IMG/VR virus record: IMGVR_UViG_2706795722_000001
Coordinates: 1 to 64,000 of that record
Source: a virus
Lineage: Duplodnaviria; Caudoviricetes
Strand: one strand, 5' to 3'
Length of the DNA stretch: 64,000 nt
The notes below the pieces were generated by a model that worked only from the letters and a program-made list of their open reading frames with translations, had not been told where the DNA came from and searched no databases. Both the position numbers and the translations under genes were made by a program. Below, one piece after another: positions 53,741 through 62,675 of the stretch (positions are counted from its first letter, which is position 1; the number at the start of each line of letters is the position of its first letter).

Positions 53741-53769
53741 ATAGTACCACATCGTAGGGTGTTTGTCAA
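53741..53769 (-). promoter_or_regulatory. sigmaA-type promoter
   Basis: TTGACA-AACACCCTACGATGTGG(17)-TACTAT; -10 overlapped by a CTACGAT/ATCGTAG inverted repeat. Confidence 0.82.
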
Positions 53770-54434
53770 TTCGCGACGAGCTTCTGCTTCTCGTGCTCAA
53801 ACTGCTCGTCGGTGAGCTTGAACATGGACTGGATTGCACCCTCGGGGATTCCCTTGGCGAGCATCTTCTGTAGGTGCTCGCGTTCGTCGTCACCGAACGC
53901 CCTGAACTTGCCAGTCTTCGGGTCTGCCTTCGGGCCGCGCGCGGGTTTGGGTGCCGATTTCGTCGGAGGCTTGACTGCCTCGCGCATCGGGGGCGGCATC
54001 GGGTTGTATCCGTCACAGCCTGGCGTGTCCATGAAGTCGATTTCACCCGTCTTCATGCGGTAACGCTTGAGTGCCCACTTGCTCACGGCAACTGTGCTCT
54101 CAAAATGAGGTACGCTCATCTTCTGGATTGCGATCGCGAGCCCCTGTGCCTGCCCCTTGACGAGATCGAAGCCCTCGCCGGGATTTGCCTTCTGGTCCAT
54201 GATCGCCTTAGTTACGCGATCCAGCTCTTCCCAGAGCTGCTCGATGATACTCGGTCCCGCAGGCATAGGTTCCCCCTCTACTTCTTTGTACGGACAGATC
54301 GCACCGTGCTTGTCATGCGCTGTCCATGCGGCCTTTTCGGACCGATGGTTTGACTCCCACTCGCACTGTGGGTCGCCACAGGTGAACGCCCACCCGGCTT
54401 CAGCCGGGTAGACTTCAGGCCATGAAACCTTCAT
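53766..54434 (-). CDS. Hypothetical protein with N-terminal C2H-type motif
   Basis: CGDPQC...H...C; C-terminal HTH-like segment. Confidence 0.7.
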   Translation of the reverse strand: MKVSWPEVYPAEAGWAFTCGDPQCEWESNHRSEKAAWTAHDKHGAICPYKEVEGEPMPAGPSIIEQLWEELDRVTKAIMDQKANPGEGFDLVKGQAQGLAIAIQKMSVPHFESTVAVSKWALKRYRMKTGEIDFMDTPGCDGYNPMPPPMREAVKPPTKSAPKPARGPKADPKTGKFRAFGDDEREHLQKMLAKGIPEGAIQSMFKLTDEQFEHEKQKLVAN

Positions 54435-54567
54435 CCGGCCTGACCTCTTCCTCTTCCTCCGGTGTCATGGGCACGCGCAGCTTCGACAGGTCCATGACCT
54501 CGTTTGCCTCTTCGGTGTGCGGCTCGGGCGCGTTGTCAGGGTCGGCCCAGTATGGAGTCGAGGCCAC
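54415..54567 (-). CDS. 50-aa acidic peptide
   Basis: VASTPYWADPDNAPEP...EGFMA; GC3 bias. Confidence 0.5.
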   Translation of the reverse strand: MASTPYWADPDNAPEPHTEEANEVMDLSKLRVPMTPEEEEEVRPDEGFMA

Positions 54568-54568
54568 G

Positions 54569-54961
54569 TCAGTAGCACATCGCGATCGAGTAGTTGGGGT
54601 CGTCGTCGGACGACTCGGCCACCTTGTAGCCGTTGACGAACAGGGCGCAGTAGACCGCGTCTCCGTTGATGCCGTTGATTCCGATCCCCACGGACTCGCT
54701 GGTCGAGCCGGTGAAGATCGTCCGCGTGATGCACGTAACGCCACGCACGCTCTGGCCATCCAGGTAGGTGCGCGAGCGCTGCACGTCGTTGCCGTACTCG
54801 TTCTGGTAGGACAGGCTCACGGTCGCGCCGGTGGGCGAACAGAACATTTGGTCCACCTTCGAGTACGAGGGGACGACCTCGGCGTTCGAGTACGCAGCGC
54901 CTGCGGTCATGATTGCCGCCGCGCCCGTCAGGGCGGCGGCGGTCTTGATGATACGGTTCAT
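54569..54961 (-). CDS. Secreted protein with MmpS-like C-terminal motif
   Basis: Signal peptide MNRIIKTAAALTGAAAIMTAGAAYSNA; YCALFVNGYKVAE...AMC; AGGAGG RBS. Confidence 0.65.
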   Translation of the reverse strand: MNRIIKTAAALTGAAAIMTAGAAYSNAEVVPSYSKVDQMFCSPTGATVSLSYQNEYGNDVQRSRTYLDGQSVRGVTCITRTIFTGSTSESVGIGINGINGDAVYCALFVNGYKVAESSDDDPNYSIAMCY

Positions 54962-55019
54962 GGTGATTACCTCCTGATGTTTGGGGACCAGGTTAAACTG
55001 GTACCACCTGCTATTGAAG

Positions 55020-55059
55020 GAATGACCCGAGCAGCGCTCCATTACTGCTCGGGTCATTC
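55020..55059 (-). terminator. Perfect 15-bp hairpin
   Basis: GAATGACCCGAGCAG/CTGCTCGGGTCATTC in an intergenic gap. Confidence 0.6.
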
Positions 55060-55129
55060 GATGCGTATTCGGTCGCCACCTTTCCCTGACGTTACCCAGC
55101 TAAGCTGGCGCGGGAAACTTGTTGAGGAC

Positions 55130-55552
55130 TTACTCGTCCTCGCCGCCGTCCTCGTTATCCTTCTTTGCCGGGGGGTCGGCATGAAAGTGCGAGAGCGGCT
55201 CGTGGTCGAGCTGATCGTGGAAGGCCAGAGCGTCCTCGGGCGACATCGCGTTGATGTCAGCGAGGCTGTAGCCGTGGCGGTCCACGAGGTGACGCTTGAC
55301 CGTGTCGAGGCCGACGATGTTGAGGCGACGCGCCTTCATCTCGGGCTCGGCCTCGGGGGCCACATGGATGTCAGCGATGTCCTCGCGCTTGACGAGCTTG
55401 AGGTTGGACTTGCCCTTCTCCTTGAAGGCGATCATCTCGGGCGACGCCGAGGCGACCGTGCCGGTCACATGCTCGTCGTCACCGACGAGCTTGAGCTCGA
55501 CACGCTTACCGTCGTAGTCGATCAGCTCGAGTTCGGTGGCGGGTGCGGACAT
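55130..55552 (-). CDS. Acidic hypothetical protein, possible Sm/SH3-like N-terminus
   Basis: GKRVELKLVGDDEHVTGTV beta-barrel-like pattern; AGGAG RBS; strong GC3 bias. Confidence 0.7.
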   Translation of the reverse strand: MSAPATELELIDYDGKRVELKLVGDDEHVTGTVASASPEMIAFKEKGKSNLKLVKREDIADIHVAPEAEPEMKARRLNIVGLDTVKRHLVDRHGYSLADINAMSPEDALAFHDQLDHEPLSHFHADPPAKKDNEDGGEDE

Positions 55553-55602
55553 GATTTCTCCTAGTTTCGTGTGGTCAGGGGCGTTCGTGCCCGTACCCGT
55601 TA

Positions 55603-55632
55603 ATGGTACCACGGACACGGGCACGAACGCAA
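55603..55632 (-). promoter_or_regulatory. Candidate extended -10 promoter inside a 14-bp inverted repeat
   Basis: TTGCGT-N18-TACCAT with GTGG before the -10; arms GCGTTCGTGCCCGT (55581-55594)/ACGGGCACGAACGC (55617-55630). Confidence 0.55.
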
Positions 55633-55670
55633 CCCGAACGCGAATGAACTTTGGGTGACCGAAGGTTCAC

Positions 55671-56231
55671 CTACCCGGCGCGGAGAACCTCCAGGGTGCG
55701 CAGACCGTCCACGCCCATGAACTTCACGAGCTCGCTCCAGGTCTTCGGGTTCGTGGTGTTGCCCGAACTGGACGAGAGGAACCACATCTTCTTGGTGTAG
55801 ACGGGGCGGAACGAGAACTGATCGTTCAGCTCCTCGACGCTGACCGTGACGTCCACTCCCACGGCGGTGTAGTCGTAGCACTTGTGCTCACGGAACATCT
55901 TCCGGAAGGCGATCACCGGCGGGCGACCGTCCGAGGTGCTCTTCGGCTCCTGGCCGAGCATCGTGGCGGCAAGCTCTTCCTGGAGGGACTGCACCGTCCG
56001 GTCGTGCTCGGTCAGGCGCGACTCCACGGAGTTCCGTGCACTGATCGCCTCGCCGAGCTGCTTCGCCACGTCGGCGAGCGGTCGAGTCGCCTCGGGCTCG
56101 CTGTCGATCAGGCTGAGCTGCGGAAGCCCAGCCGCCGCCTCGATGCGAGCACGACACTTCGCGCGCTCGTGCGAAGTCGCCGGGTGGGTGCAGTTCTTGT
56201 GACTGACGCGCTTGATCTTCTCTGCTGCCAT
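55671..56231 (-). CDS. Hypothetical protein
   Basis: N-terminal H..C.H...HERAKC motif; AAGGAGG RBS. Confidence 0.75.
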   Translation of the reverse strand: MAAEKIKRVSHKNCTHPATSHERAKCRARIEAAAGLPQLSLIDSEPEATRPLADVAKQLGEAISARNSVESRLTEHDRTVQSLQEELAATMLGQEPKSTSDGRPPVIAFRKMFREHKCYDYTAVGVDVTVSVEELNDQFSFRPVYTKKMWFLSSSSGNTTNPKTWSELVKFMGVDGLRTLEVLRAG

Positions 56232-56243
56232 GTGGGAACCTCC

Positions 56244-56528
56244 TTACTTCTTCTTGTCGTCGTCGGACGGGATCAGGTCCTCGGGATCGGGGCGCGGACC
56301 CTGACCGTCGTCGATGGGCTCGCCGACCTGACGGATGCCCACAGGCTTGATCTTCTCGCCCACGTCGCGGGGCCCGTTGCCCGACTCGATCTTCGCGGCC
56401 GAGGGGCCGGTGCCGAGGTCGCCGTCATTGGCGTTGGTGTTCGGGTCCGCGAAGGCCGACCCGAGACCGAGGCCGCTCGCAGCGAAGGCGATCATGACGC
56501 CGATGAAGAAACGCTTCTTGTTGTTCAT
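56244..56528 (-). CDS. Signal-peptide-bearing, disordered secreted protein
   Basis: MNNKKRFFIGVMIAFAASGLGLGSAFA then a D/G/P-rich tail; AGGAGG RBS. Confidence 0.7.
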   Translation of the reverse strand: MNNKKRFFIGVMIAFAASGLGLGSAFADPNTNANDGDLGTGPSAAKIESGNGPRDVGEKIKPVGIRQVGEPIDDGQGPRPDPEDLIPSDDDKKK

Positions 56529-56701
56529 TTGGAACCTCCTGTGATTGGTTTCTGTTCGGACGGTTTGCCGAACTTGCAGTGCGTGCACTCGTTTCCGTGA
56601 TTGATCCAGCTTCCACACTTCTTGCATGTGGCACGGAACTTGTGCGAGTCTTCGATCTCGGGCGGCGGCGGAATGCTCACCGCCTTTGCCTCGTCAGTCA
56701 C
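56525..56701 (-). CDS. 58-aa Zn-finger protein
   Basis: CKKC...CTHC; ATGA overlap downstream. Confidence 0.6.
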   Translation of the reverse strand: MTDEAKAVSIPPPPEIEDSHKFRATCKKCGSWINHGNECTHCKFGKPSEQKPITGGSK

Positions 56702-56897
56702 GCTGAGTGGCGCGGTGCGTACTCTCGCTCGCCACCCGCTCGATCGTGGCCTCGACAGGCGAGGCGCTCCCTTCGGTGATCGTCGTCAGGGCCTGCCGCG
56801 CGGCCTCCAGAAGGGTACGTCTCGTCACGCCCTGGTCGGCGGTGAGCTCCACGCGATACTCGCGCTCATCCACCTCGAGCTCAATTGATACTCGCAT
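56694..56897 (-). CDS. 67-aa hypothetical protein
   Basis: AAGGAG RBS. Confidence 0.65.
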   Translation of the reverse strand: MRVSIELEVDEREYRVELTADQGVTRRTLLEAARQALTTITEGSASPVEATIERVASESTHRATQRD

Positions 56898-56908
56898 TGC
56901 TATTCTCC

Positions 56909-57166
56909 TTACATGCACTCGCCGTTATGTTCGGTGAAGCAGTCGGAACACATCGGCGTCTTTCGGATTTTGGACTGACGATACCGGGGAGGGTCGTCCT
57001 CCTCGGCGGCTCGCTTTGCCTCCCAGTGGGTGGGCAAGTCGATCCCTGTTGCACACGAGGCGTGTTGCCACGGTCCCGATTCGTGCGGCGTAACCGGGTC
57101 GCCGAGGTGAACTTTCGTTCTACACTCGGGGCAGGTTGACTCTTTCTTGGCTGGTATGACGACCAT
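56909..57166 (-). CDS. Double Zn-finger small protein
   Basis: CPEC...HASC and CSDC..EH.GEC. Confidence 0.65.
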   Translation of the reverse strand: MVVIPAKKESTCPECRTKVHLGDPVTPHESGPWQHASCATGIDLPTHWEAKRAAEEDDPPRYRQSKIRKTPMCSDCFTEHNGECM

Positions 57167-57495
57167 TATGAAGCTCCTACCCTTTCGCGTAGGCGTCGGA
57201 GGGTTGTGCCCGAGCAGTGCAGGATCAGTAGTGCATCCTTCTTTGTCACCTCGCCATCGTTGACCATCTGTGCAATCTTCGCACGGTCGTGCGGATCTTT
57301 GAGGTGATAGTCGCCGAGCTTCTTGAGCGCGATCTCTATCGCTATCGGATCGTGTTCGTCAGGGTTGCCTTTGGGGCGCTCCTGTATTGGCCAGTTTGCG
57401 AGTGTGCCTGCGCGCTTCTCGACTCCGTAACACTCCGGACACAAGCCTCGGCACGGTCGCTCGGTAGGGTTGGCACACTTCAAACAGTTCTGCAT
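57166..57495 (-). CDS. Zn-finger plus HTH-like protein
   Basis: CLKC...RGLCPECY; C-terminal LILHCSGTTLRRL. Confidence 0.6.
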   Translation of the reverse strand: MQNCLKCANPTERPCRGLCPECYGVEKRAGTLANWPIQERPKGNPDEHDPIAIEIALKKLGDYHLKDPHDRAKIAQMVNDGEVTKKDALLILHCSGTTLRRLRERVGAS

Positions 57496-57496
57496 G

Positions 57497-57703
57497 TCAC
57501 GCCCTCTCTATCTTGAGCACCGTACGTAGTAGCGGCTTTCCGGAGCAGATTCGATTGATACGCTTCAACTTGAGCATATGACGATTAGCGAACTCTGGTT
57601 CGTACCAGTTAGTCGAGATAGGTTCCCACTGTCCTCCTGGTTCGGGCTGAATAAATACAGCCAATGTATCGTGGCTATACTTATCAACCTTGAACTCCAT
57701 CAC
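57497..57703 (-). CDS. 68-aa hypothetical protein
   Basis: GTGA overlap; AT-richer. Confidence 0.55.
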   Translation of the reverse strand: MMEFKVDKYSHDTLAVFIQPEPGGQWEPISTNWYEPEFANRHMLKLKRINRICSGKPLLRTVLKIERA

Positions 57704-58236
57704 TCGAGCTCAACCCCCTCCTGCATGATGCCGCGAAGCGCGGAGTCGACGCGCTCCTTGTGCGGGTTGCGTACGTTCTGGCCCTGGTAGCGGGCACCCT
57801 TGCGCATGTCCACGCAGAACTCGCCTTCGTCCGAACCACACTTGGGGCAGTCGATCATGAACGTGTTCACGATGTAGCCCGAGTCGCTCAACGCTTCGGT
57901 GTATCGAAGTGCGATATTCTCTTCGTACTTCTGCTTCTTGACCTCGCGGTCAAGCGCGACCACCTCTCGCGGCGGGAGCGTCTTGCGAACCTCGGTGATA
58001 CGAGCCTTCGCCTCCATCATCTCGGCGTAGGCTCGCACGTCATCGACTGCGCACTGGTGGAATGAGTAGGAAACCACCTGACTGACGAGCCCCTCGTTGT
58101 CGAGGAACACGCCGGATCGACAAGAGTTGACGTCGAGCGGAGCGGACCAGCGCGAGGGAACGTCGGCACGCTTGGCCCAGATGACCGGCTTGCCGCATGT
58201 GTTGCATGAGGTGATGTTGCCTGTGTCATCGGCCAT
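57700..58236 (-). CDS. Two-Zn-finger hypothetical protein
   Basis: CNTCG...HQC and CPKC...FC...H..R; GGAG before ATG 58236. Confidence 0.65.
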   Translation of the reverse strand: MADDTGNITSCNTCGKPVIWAKRADVPSRWSAPLDVNSCRSGVFLDNEGLVSQVVSYSFHQCAVDDVRAYAEMMEAKARITEVRKTLPPREVVALDREVKKQKYEENIALRYTEALSDSGYIVNTFMIDCPKCGSDEGEFCVDMRKGARYQGQNVRNPHKERVDSALRGIMQEGVELE

Positions 58237-58450
58237 CGGCGTACTCCACCTTTCCGAAGAAAGGGTGACCGCCACTGACTCGCTGCCACTTCACGGCAGT
58301 CCTGGTGTACTGCTGCTCCACCAGGTACCCCATCGGGACGCGCTCGAGTGCCTCGTCCAGCTCCGCCTTCGAGGACGTCTCGAGCCACAGCGTACCGTCG
58401 GCGAGAATCACCCGGTACGTATTGCCCGGCTCCCACTTGATGTCACTCAT
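58226..58450 (-). CDS. 74-aa hypothetical protein
   Basis: ATGA overlap with the VWA stop. Confidence 0.65.
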   Translation of the reverse strand: MSDIKWEPGNTYRVILADGTLWLETSSKAELDEALERVPMGYLVEQQYTRTAVKWQRVSGGHPFFGKVEYADGR

Positions 58451-60357
58451 TGCAACCTCTTTCCCAGGTGTTCGACCACCTTGCGGTAATCCTCGGGACC
58501 GTTGACCTGGAAGGTGTCGAAGCCGTATTCCTTCGGCGAGTCAACTCCCATACCCACAGCCATGAGGGTGATGTTGTTCTTCTTGGCGTACTCGATCTCC
58601 GACTTGAGAACCATGAGCTCCTCGTCGTAGTTTGAGGCAGGCATAGCTCCGTCAGTGTAGTACATGACGATCTTCTCGGTTGCCTTGGACTGCTCGGCAC
58701 GCTTGCGGTAGAACTGCAAGCTGTGTCCGTCCAGGTTTCCGGCACACGAGTTGATCGTACGCAGGTTGTTCCGGGCCTTACGGTCCCACGGCTTGCCGCT
58801 CGCCTTGATCTCGTAGAAGACGGGACAACTGTCCTCATATGTCTCGTAGTCGAACTCGGACGTGTGGGCCCAGACCTCAAACGAGATTCCGAGGCGGTGG
58901 CACACGTCGGCCATTGCCAACACTGCCGTCTTCTCGATCTCGATTGTCGAGCCTCCGGTCGATCCCGAGACGTCCATGCCGATCACGACGTGATAGCTGC
59001 GCTTGTCGGGCACGACACGCTTGGCGAACAGCCGCTCGTCACCGAACGGAACACGCCGCGCCAGCATTCGCCCCGACACCTTGCCACTGCGCTGATTGCG
59101 GTGGTGCTCGACGCGAGCGTTCACGCCGAACGCCAGTCGAGCTGCCGTGATAGCGGGACTCAGGTAACGCTCGTCCGACTTGAACGCACCCTCGCTGGGC
59201 GGGTTCTGGTAATACGAACCACTGTAGGCCCTCTGTCCGGGCTCGGGAATGTAGACCTTCGGCGCGCCCACGTTCTCCGGCACACGATCGAGAAGCTTGT
59301 ACGAGTCGATTGCGTTCTGCACGTCCTCTGGCTTAAGCCCTTCGGTGCCAGAAGGATCGTCGCCGTGACCGCCCATCCCCTTCTCATCTTTGTCGCCGAT
59401 CTCGATGCCGTGACCGAACAGCAGCTTCATGAGCTTGTCGATCATTTCGAGCATCTCGTCAATCGCCTCTTCGTCGTGCGGGTCCACGATCATGTAACCG
59501 TTCTCGTTCATGATCGTGAGCACCTCGAGGACAACCTCGAACGTCTCGGCGGTGTCGATTGCACTGAGTGCACGCTTCATGCACCGCTGAAGCGGTACAC
59601 TGTTGTGCATCAGGTCAACAACCTCGGGGTCGAAGTAGCCGTCGATCTCAGTATCGTTAGCCGAGAACAGGAACGCCAGCGCCAACTGCATCTCAACCTT
59701 CATGTCTTCATAGAAGGTGATGGTGCCGTCTTGATTCTGGATACCGTTGACCATGATCTCCTCGTTGAGCGCGCGGTAGGCGAGCTCCTCTTCGGGATCA
59801 TTGGCCAGGCGAGCGGCGTCGCACCGCGCGTCTTCCATGCACAGCATGAGCATACTGAGCCACGGGTGACGCGCTCGATTGACGTGACCAATCAGCGGGT
59901 TCTTGGTGGTTCCGATCGAGTTAGCCATTCTCTGAACGAACACCTCAGGAAGGCTGTACTGATCGCCCACCTGGGTGCCGCACTCCATGAGCAGGTGGGT
60001 GACATACCCGTTGCGGAACTTGTCGAACGAACCGTGAACGATGTGTCCGATCTCGTGCTTAAGCACGGTCATAATGAACTCGCGACTCGCGCACGCATGG
60101 CAGATTAGCAGACCGAACTCGCGCTCGTCGCATACCAGTCGGTTGTGCTTCTGAGGCAAGCCGAGCTCCATCGGCGGAGCGATCGTGATCGTCTTGCCGT
60201 CGGTCTGACTGTTGGCACCCGCCTGGATCTTGAGTTGCGGGTTGCCGGTTTCAGCACGAGCGTACGACTGCAGCGCAGGGATCATCGTGTTGAACCTGCG
60301 CACCGCCTTAGCGGCAAGCTGCCTGCGCTCTCGGACACTATCGTTGTACATGTTCAC
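58447..60357 (-). CDS. VWA-domain protein (CobT-like) with N-terminal HExxH metallopeptidase-like motif
   Basis: MIDAS DVSGS and YTDG; KHEIGHI...EDARCD. Confidence 0.85.
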   Translation of the reverse strand: MNMYNDSVRERRQLAAKAVRRFNTMIPALQSYARAETGNPQLKIQAGANSQTDGKTITIAPPMELGLPQKHNRLVCDEREFGLLICHACASREFIMTVLKHEIGHIVHGSFDKFRNGYVTHLLMECGTQVGDQYSLPEVFVQRMANSIGTTKNPLIGHVNRARHPWLSMLMLCMEDARCDAARLANDPEEELAYRALNEEIMVNGIQNQDGTITFYEDMKVEMQLALAFLFSANDTEIDGYFDPEVVDLMHNSVPLQRCMKRALSAIDTAETFEVVLEVLTIMNENGYMIVDPHDEEAIDEMLEMIDKLMKLLFGHGIEIGDKDEKGMGGHGDDPSGTEGLKPEDVQNAIDSYKLLDRVPENVGAPKVYIPEPGQRAYSGSYYQNPPSEGAFKSDERYLSPAITAARLAFGVNARVEHHRNQRSGKVSGRMLARRVPFGDERLFAKRVVPDKRSYHVVIGMDVSGSTGGSTIEIEKTAVLAMADVCHRLGISFEVWAHTSEFDYETYEDSCPVFYEIKASGKPWDRKARNNLRTINSCAGNLDGHSLQFYRKRAEQSKATEKIVMYYTDGAMPASNYDEELMVLKSEIEYAKKNNITLMAVGMGVDSPKEYGFDTFQVNGPEDYRKVVEHLGKRLQ

Positions 60358-61955
60358 CTCCTTACGTTACGCTGTCGGGCCTTCTTCTCCTGTGCCTTGA
60401 TCTCCTCGGTGACGATGTTGAGCACCACCTCGCGCGTCTCGGGCTCGAGGTAGTCGAGCACACCGAGGCTGTACGCCTTCGGGAGATCGAACCAGGCGGT
60501 AGCGCGGGCCACCTTGATCTGGTTGCGAATGCCCCAGGTCAAGGGCAGCTCGCCGTTGTCGCTCATCTCGCGCAGCGTCTTCGCTACCCGCATGATGACG
60601 TCTTCGTGATCCTGGTTGAGGTTGAAGCCGTCCAGGTCGCAACGGGCACGGATGATACCCCGCTCCACGAGCTCGCCCGGCATGTCCACGAAGATATGCA
60701 TGAGGCGCGATCCGTCAGCGTCACCGATCATCTCGGCACCGACGTTGCGAGCGTCCCAGGCAGGGTTCATCGCCATTCCGAGGAACGCGAAGGCGTGACG
60801 CTTGATGACCTCGCCCTCGTTCTTGTCGTTCACGAGCTGCTTGCTGTTGTCGGTCAGTGGACGGATGTACTGCCACACCTCGGGCGGGCCGGTGTTCGGC
60901 TCGTCCAACACGACGACACACGGCTTGACCCAGGCCTTCGGAATGCGACCCGGCTTGAAGACCGTCTCGTTATTCTCGAAGTGCATCTTCCCGGCGAGGT
61001 CGTCGATCTCGGAGTCACGAGTGATCGAGATACGCTCGAAGGGCAGCTGCATGAGCCACGCCATGTAGCGGAAGAACTCCGTCTTGCCGGTGCCCGCCCT
61101 GCCGTGCAGCGCAGGCGTCTCGTCCAAGTGGAACCACAGCGCGCCAACAGTGTACGAAAGCTGCATGTGATCGACGTACTGCTCGGGGTGCTCGTCGTCG
61201 CCGGTCGCGGGAATCTTTGCTTGCTCGTCAGCACTGAATAGCTCGCGCTTGAAGATCGGCAGGAAGATCTCACGCTTGCCGCTCCGCAGCCGCCGCCAGG
61301 CGCGGATGCCCTGGGCGTCCTGTGCCGGAGTGACCGGGCGATCCGTGGGGTACGTCGCCGGGTCGACACTCGTATCGACCTGATCCGCCGAAGCAGCCGC
61401 AGCCATTTCGCCAGGCAGAATGTACTTAGCGAGCATCGGGTCGAAGTGGATGCTGTCGATCAACTTCTGGAAGTGCGCCTGCGGATCGGTGACGTTGGCA
61501 CGCTCAGAGACCTTGCACTCCTTCGCAATCGGCGCGGCCTTGAGGTCGGGAATCAGCTTTCCGAACTTCGAGCACGCTCCCATCGTGATGTTGCCCTCGG
61601 TGTGCTCAGCCATCTTGGCACCCTGCACATAGAAGTAGCACGCGCGGCAGGTCTTCGCCATGCCAACCTTGGTGGTCGGATCAGGCGGCACGCCGACGCC
61701 GATTGACAGTGCAACCTGCTGCTTGCCAGCGGGTTCGTACGAGTTGTACGTGCGGCACTTCGAGCCGACCTCCTCGGCGCGCGCGCCCTCGTCACCCTGC
61801 GTCATCGAGGTAGTCGCGATGATGGTCCCGAGCAGTCGGCAGGTGCTCATGAGCGTCGGCTTGCCGTACAGGTCGGTCTGCTTGGTGGTGTCTTCGCGCC
61901 TGATGAGGTGGTGGCAATCGAGACAACTCTTGATGCGCTCTTCGTCAGCGGCCAT
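60354..61955 (-). CDS. MoxR/CbbQ-type AAA+ ATPase with Cys-rich N-terminal repeats
   Basis: Walker A GRAGTGKT, DDLAG, Walker B VVLDE, sensor AMNP, SRL; AAAGGAG RBS. Confidence 0.88.
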   Translation of the reverse strand: MAADEERIKSCLDCHHLIRREDTTKQTDLYGKPTLMSTCRLLGTIIATTSMTQGDEGARAEEVGSKCRTYNSYEPAGKQQVALSIGVGVPPDPTTKVGMAKTCRACYFYVQGAKMAEHTEGNITMGACSKFGKLIPDLKAAPIAKECKVSERANVTDPQAHFQKLIDSIHFDPMLAKYILPGEMAAAASADQVDTSVDPATYPTDRPVTPAQDAQGIRAWRRLRSGKREIFLPIFKRELFSADEQAKIPATGDDEHPEQYVDHMQLSYTVGALWFHLDETPALHGRAGTGKTEFFRYMAWLMQLPFERISITRDSEIDDLAGKMHFENNETVFKPGRIPKAWVKPCVVVLDEPNTGPPEVWQYIRPLTDNSKQLVNDKNEGEVIKRHAFAFLGMAMNPAWDARNVGAEMIGDADGSRLMHIFVDMPGELVERGIIRARCDLDGFNLNQDHEDVIMRVAKTLREMSDNGELPLTWGIRNQIKVARATAWFDLPKAYSLGVLDYLEPETREVVLNIVTEEIKAQEKKARQRNVRR

Positions 61956-62008
61956 TGTTGGCGCACTCCTTTCGGTAGTGATGGGCGTTGCTCTTGGTCA
62001 CACGGTAC

Positions 62009-62037
62009 ATAGTACCACATGTGAAACCGTATGTCAA
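62009..62037 (-). promoter_or_regulatory. sigmaA-type promoter of the AAA/VWA operon
   Basis: TTGACA-TACGGTTTCACATGTGG(17)-TACTAT; ACGGT..ACAT/ATGT..ACCGT inverted repeat. Confidence 0.82.
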
Positions 62038-62675
62038 ACGGTTTCTTCCTCGCGGTATTCGCGATGATTCTCGTTCCAGTCCGCACGGTGCGCGTGACAC
62101 ATCGGGACCACTCGATGAGGCCGTACCTGTTGATATTTCGAGGGCGGTAGGTGATCGAGCGACACGAGGCCACCGTCACCCGCACCCTCGGCTGCCTCCT
62201 GGGCGCACACGACACAGATGCGTCGCGGGTGCTGAAGCATCCATCCGTTGCGCTTCTCGAGCGCGTACGTCGGGTCAGGGATAACCTCGTATCCCTGCAC
62301 ACCCTGCAAGCGCTCAAGCTTGTTCAGAATGCGCCGCACCCGACTGATCTTGACATAGAAGTCCTGCCAGACCATTCCGTCGGCGTCCTCTGATGCAATC
62401 AGAACCGGCATGACCGGCTCGCGTGCGGCAGCGGCGGCTGAACTATTGAAGATCGCCGCGCACTCGGTGGTGTCTTCGTCGTCCCACCAGGGCTCGTCGC
62501 ACCCGATGGTCTGTACCCAGTTGCGATGCGTGATCGAGAACGGTCCCTGATTGAGCTCCATGTACGTCGGCTCGGTGGGCAGTCGGTCAACCACTAGCTC
62601 GAGCCGCGCCGGTAGATCGTACTCACCGGACATTGCGGGGTCGAATACCTCGGCGGCGAGGATGTTGAGTGTCAC
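62034..62675 (-). CDS. Hypothetical protein with C-terminal HNH/Zn-like motif
   Basis: CVVC...DHL...C.AH. Confidence 0.65.
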   Translation of the reverse strand: MTLNILAAEVFDPAMSGEYDLPARLELVVDRLPTEPTYMELNQGPFSITHRNWVQTIGCDEPWWDDEDTTECAAIFNSSAAAAAREPVMPVLIASEDADGMVWQDFYVKISRVRRILNKLERLQGVQGYEVIPDPTYALEKRNGWMLQHPRRICVVCAQEAAEGAGDGGLVSLDHLPPSKYQQVRPHRVVPMCHAHRADWNENHREYREEETV

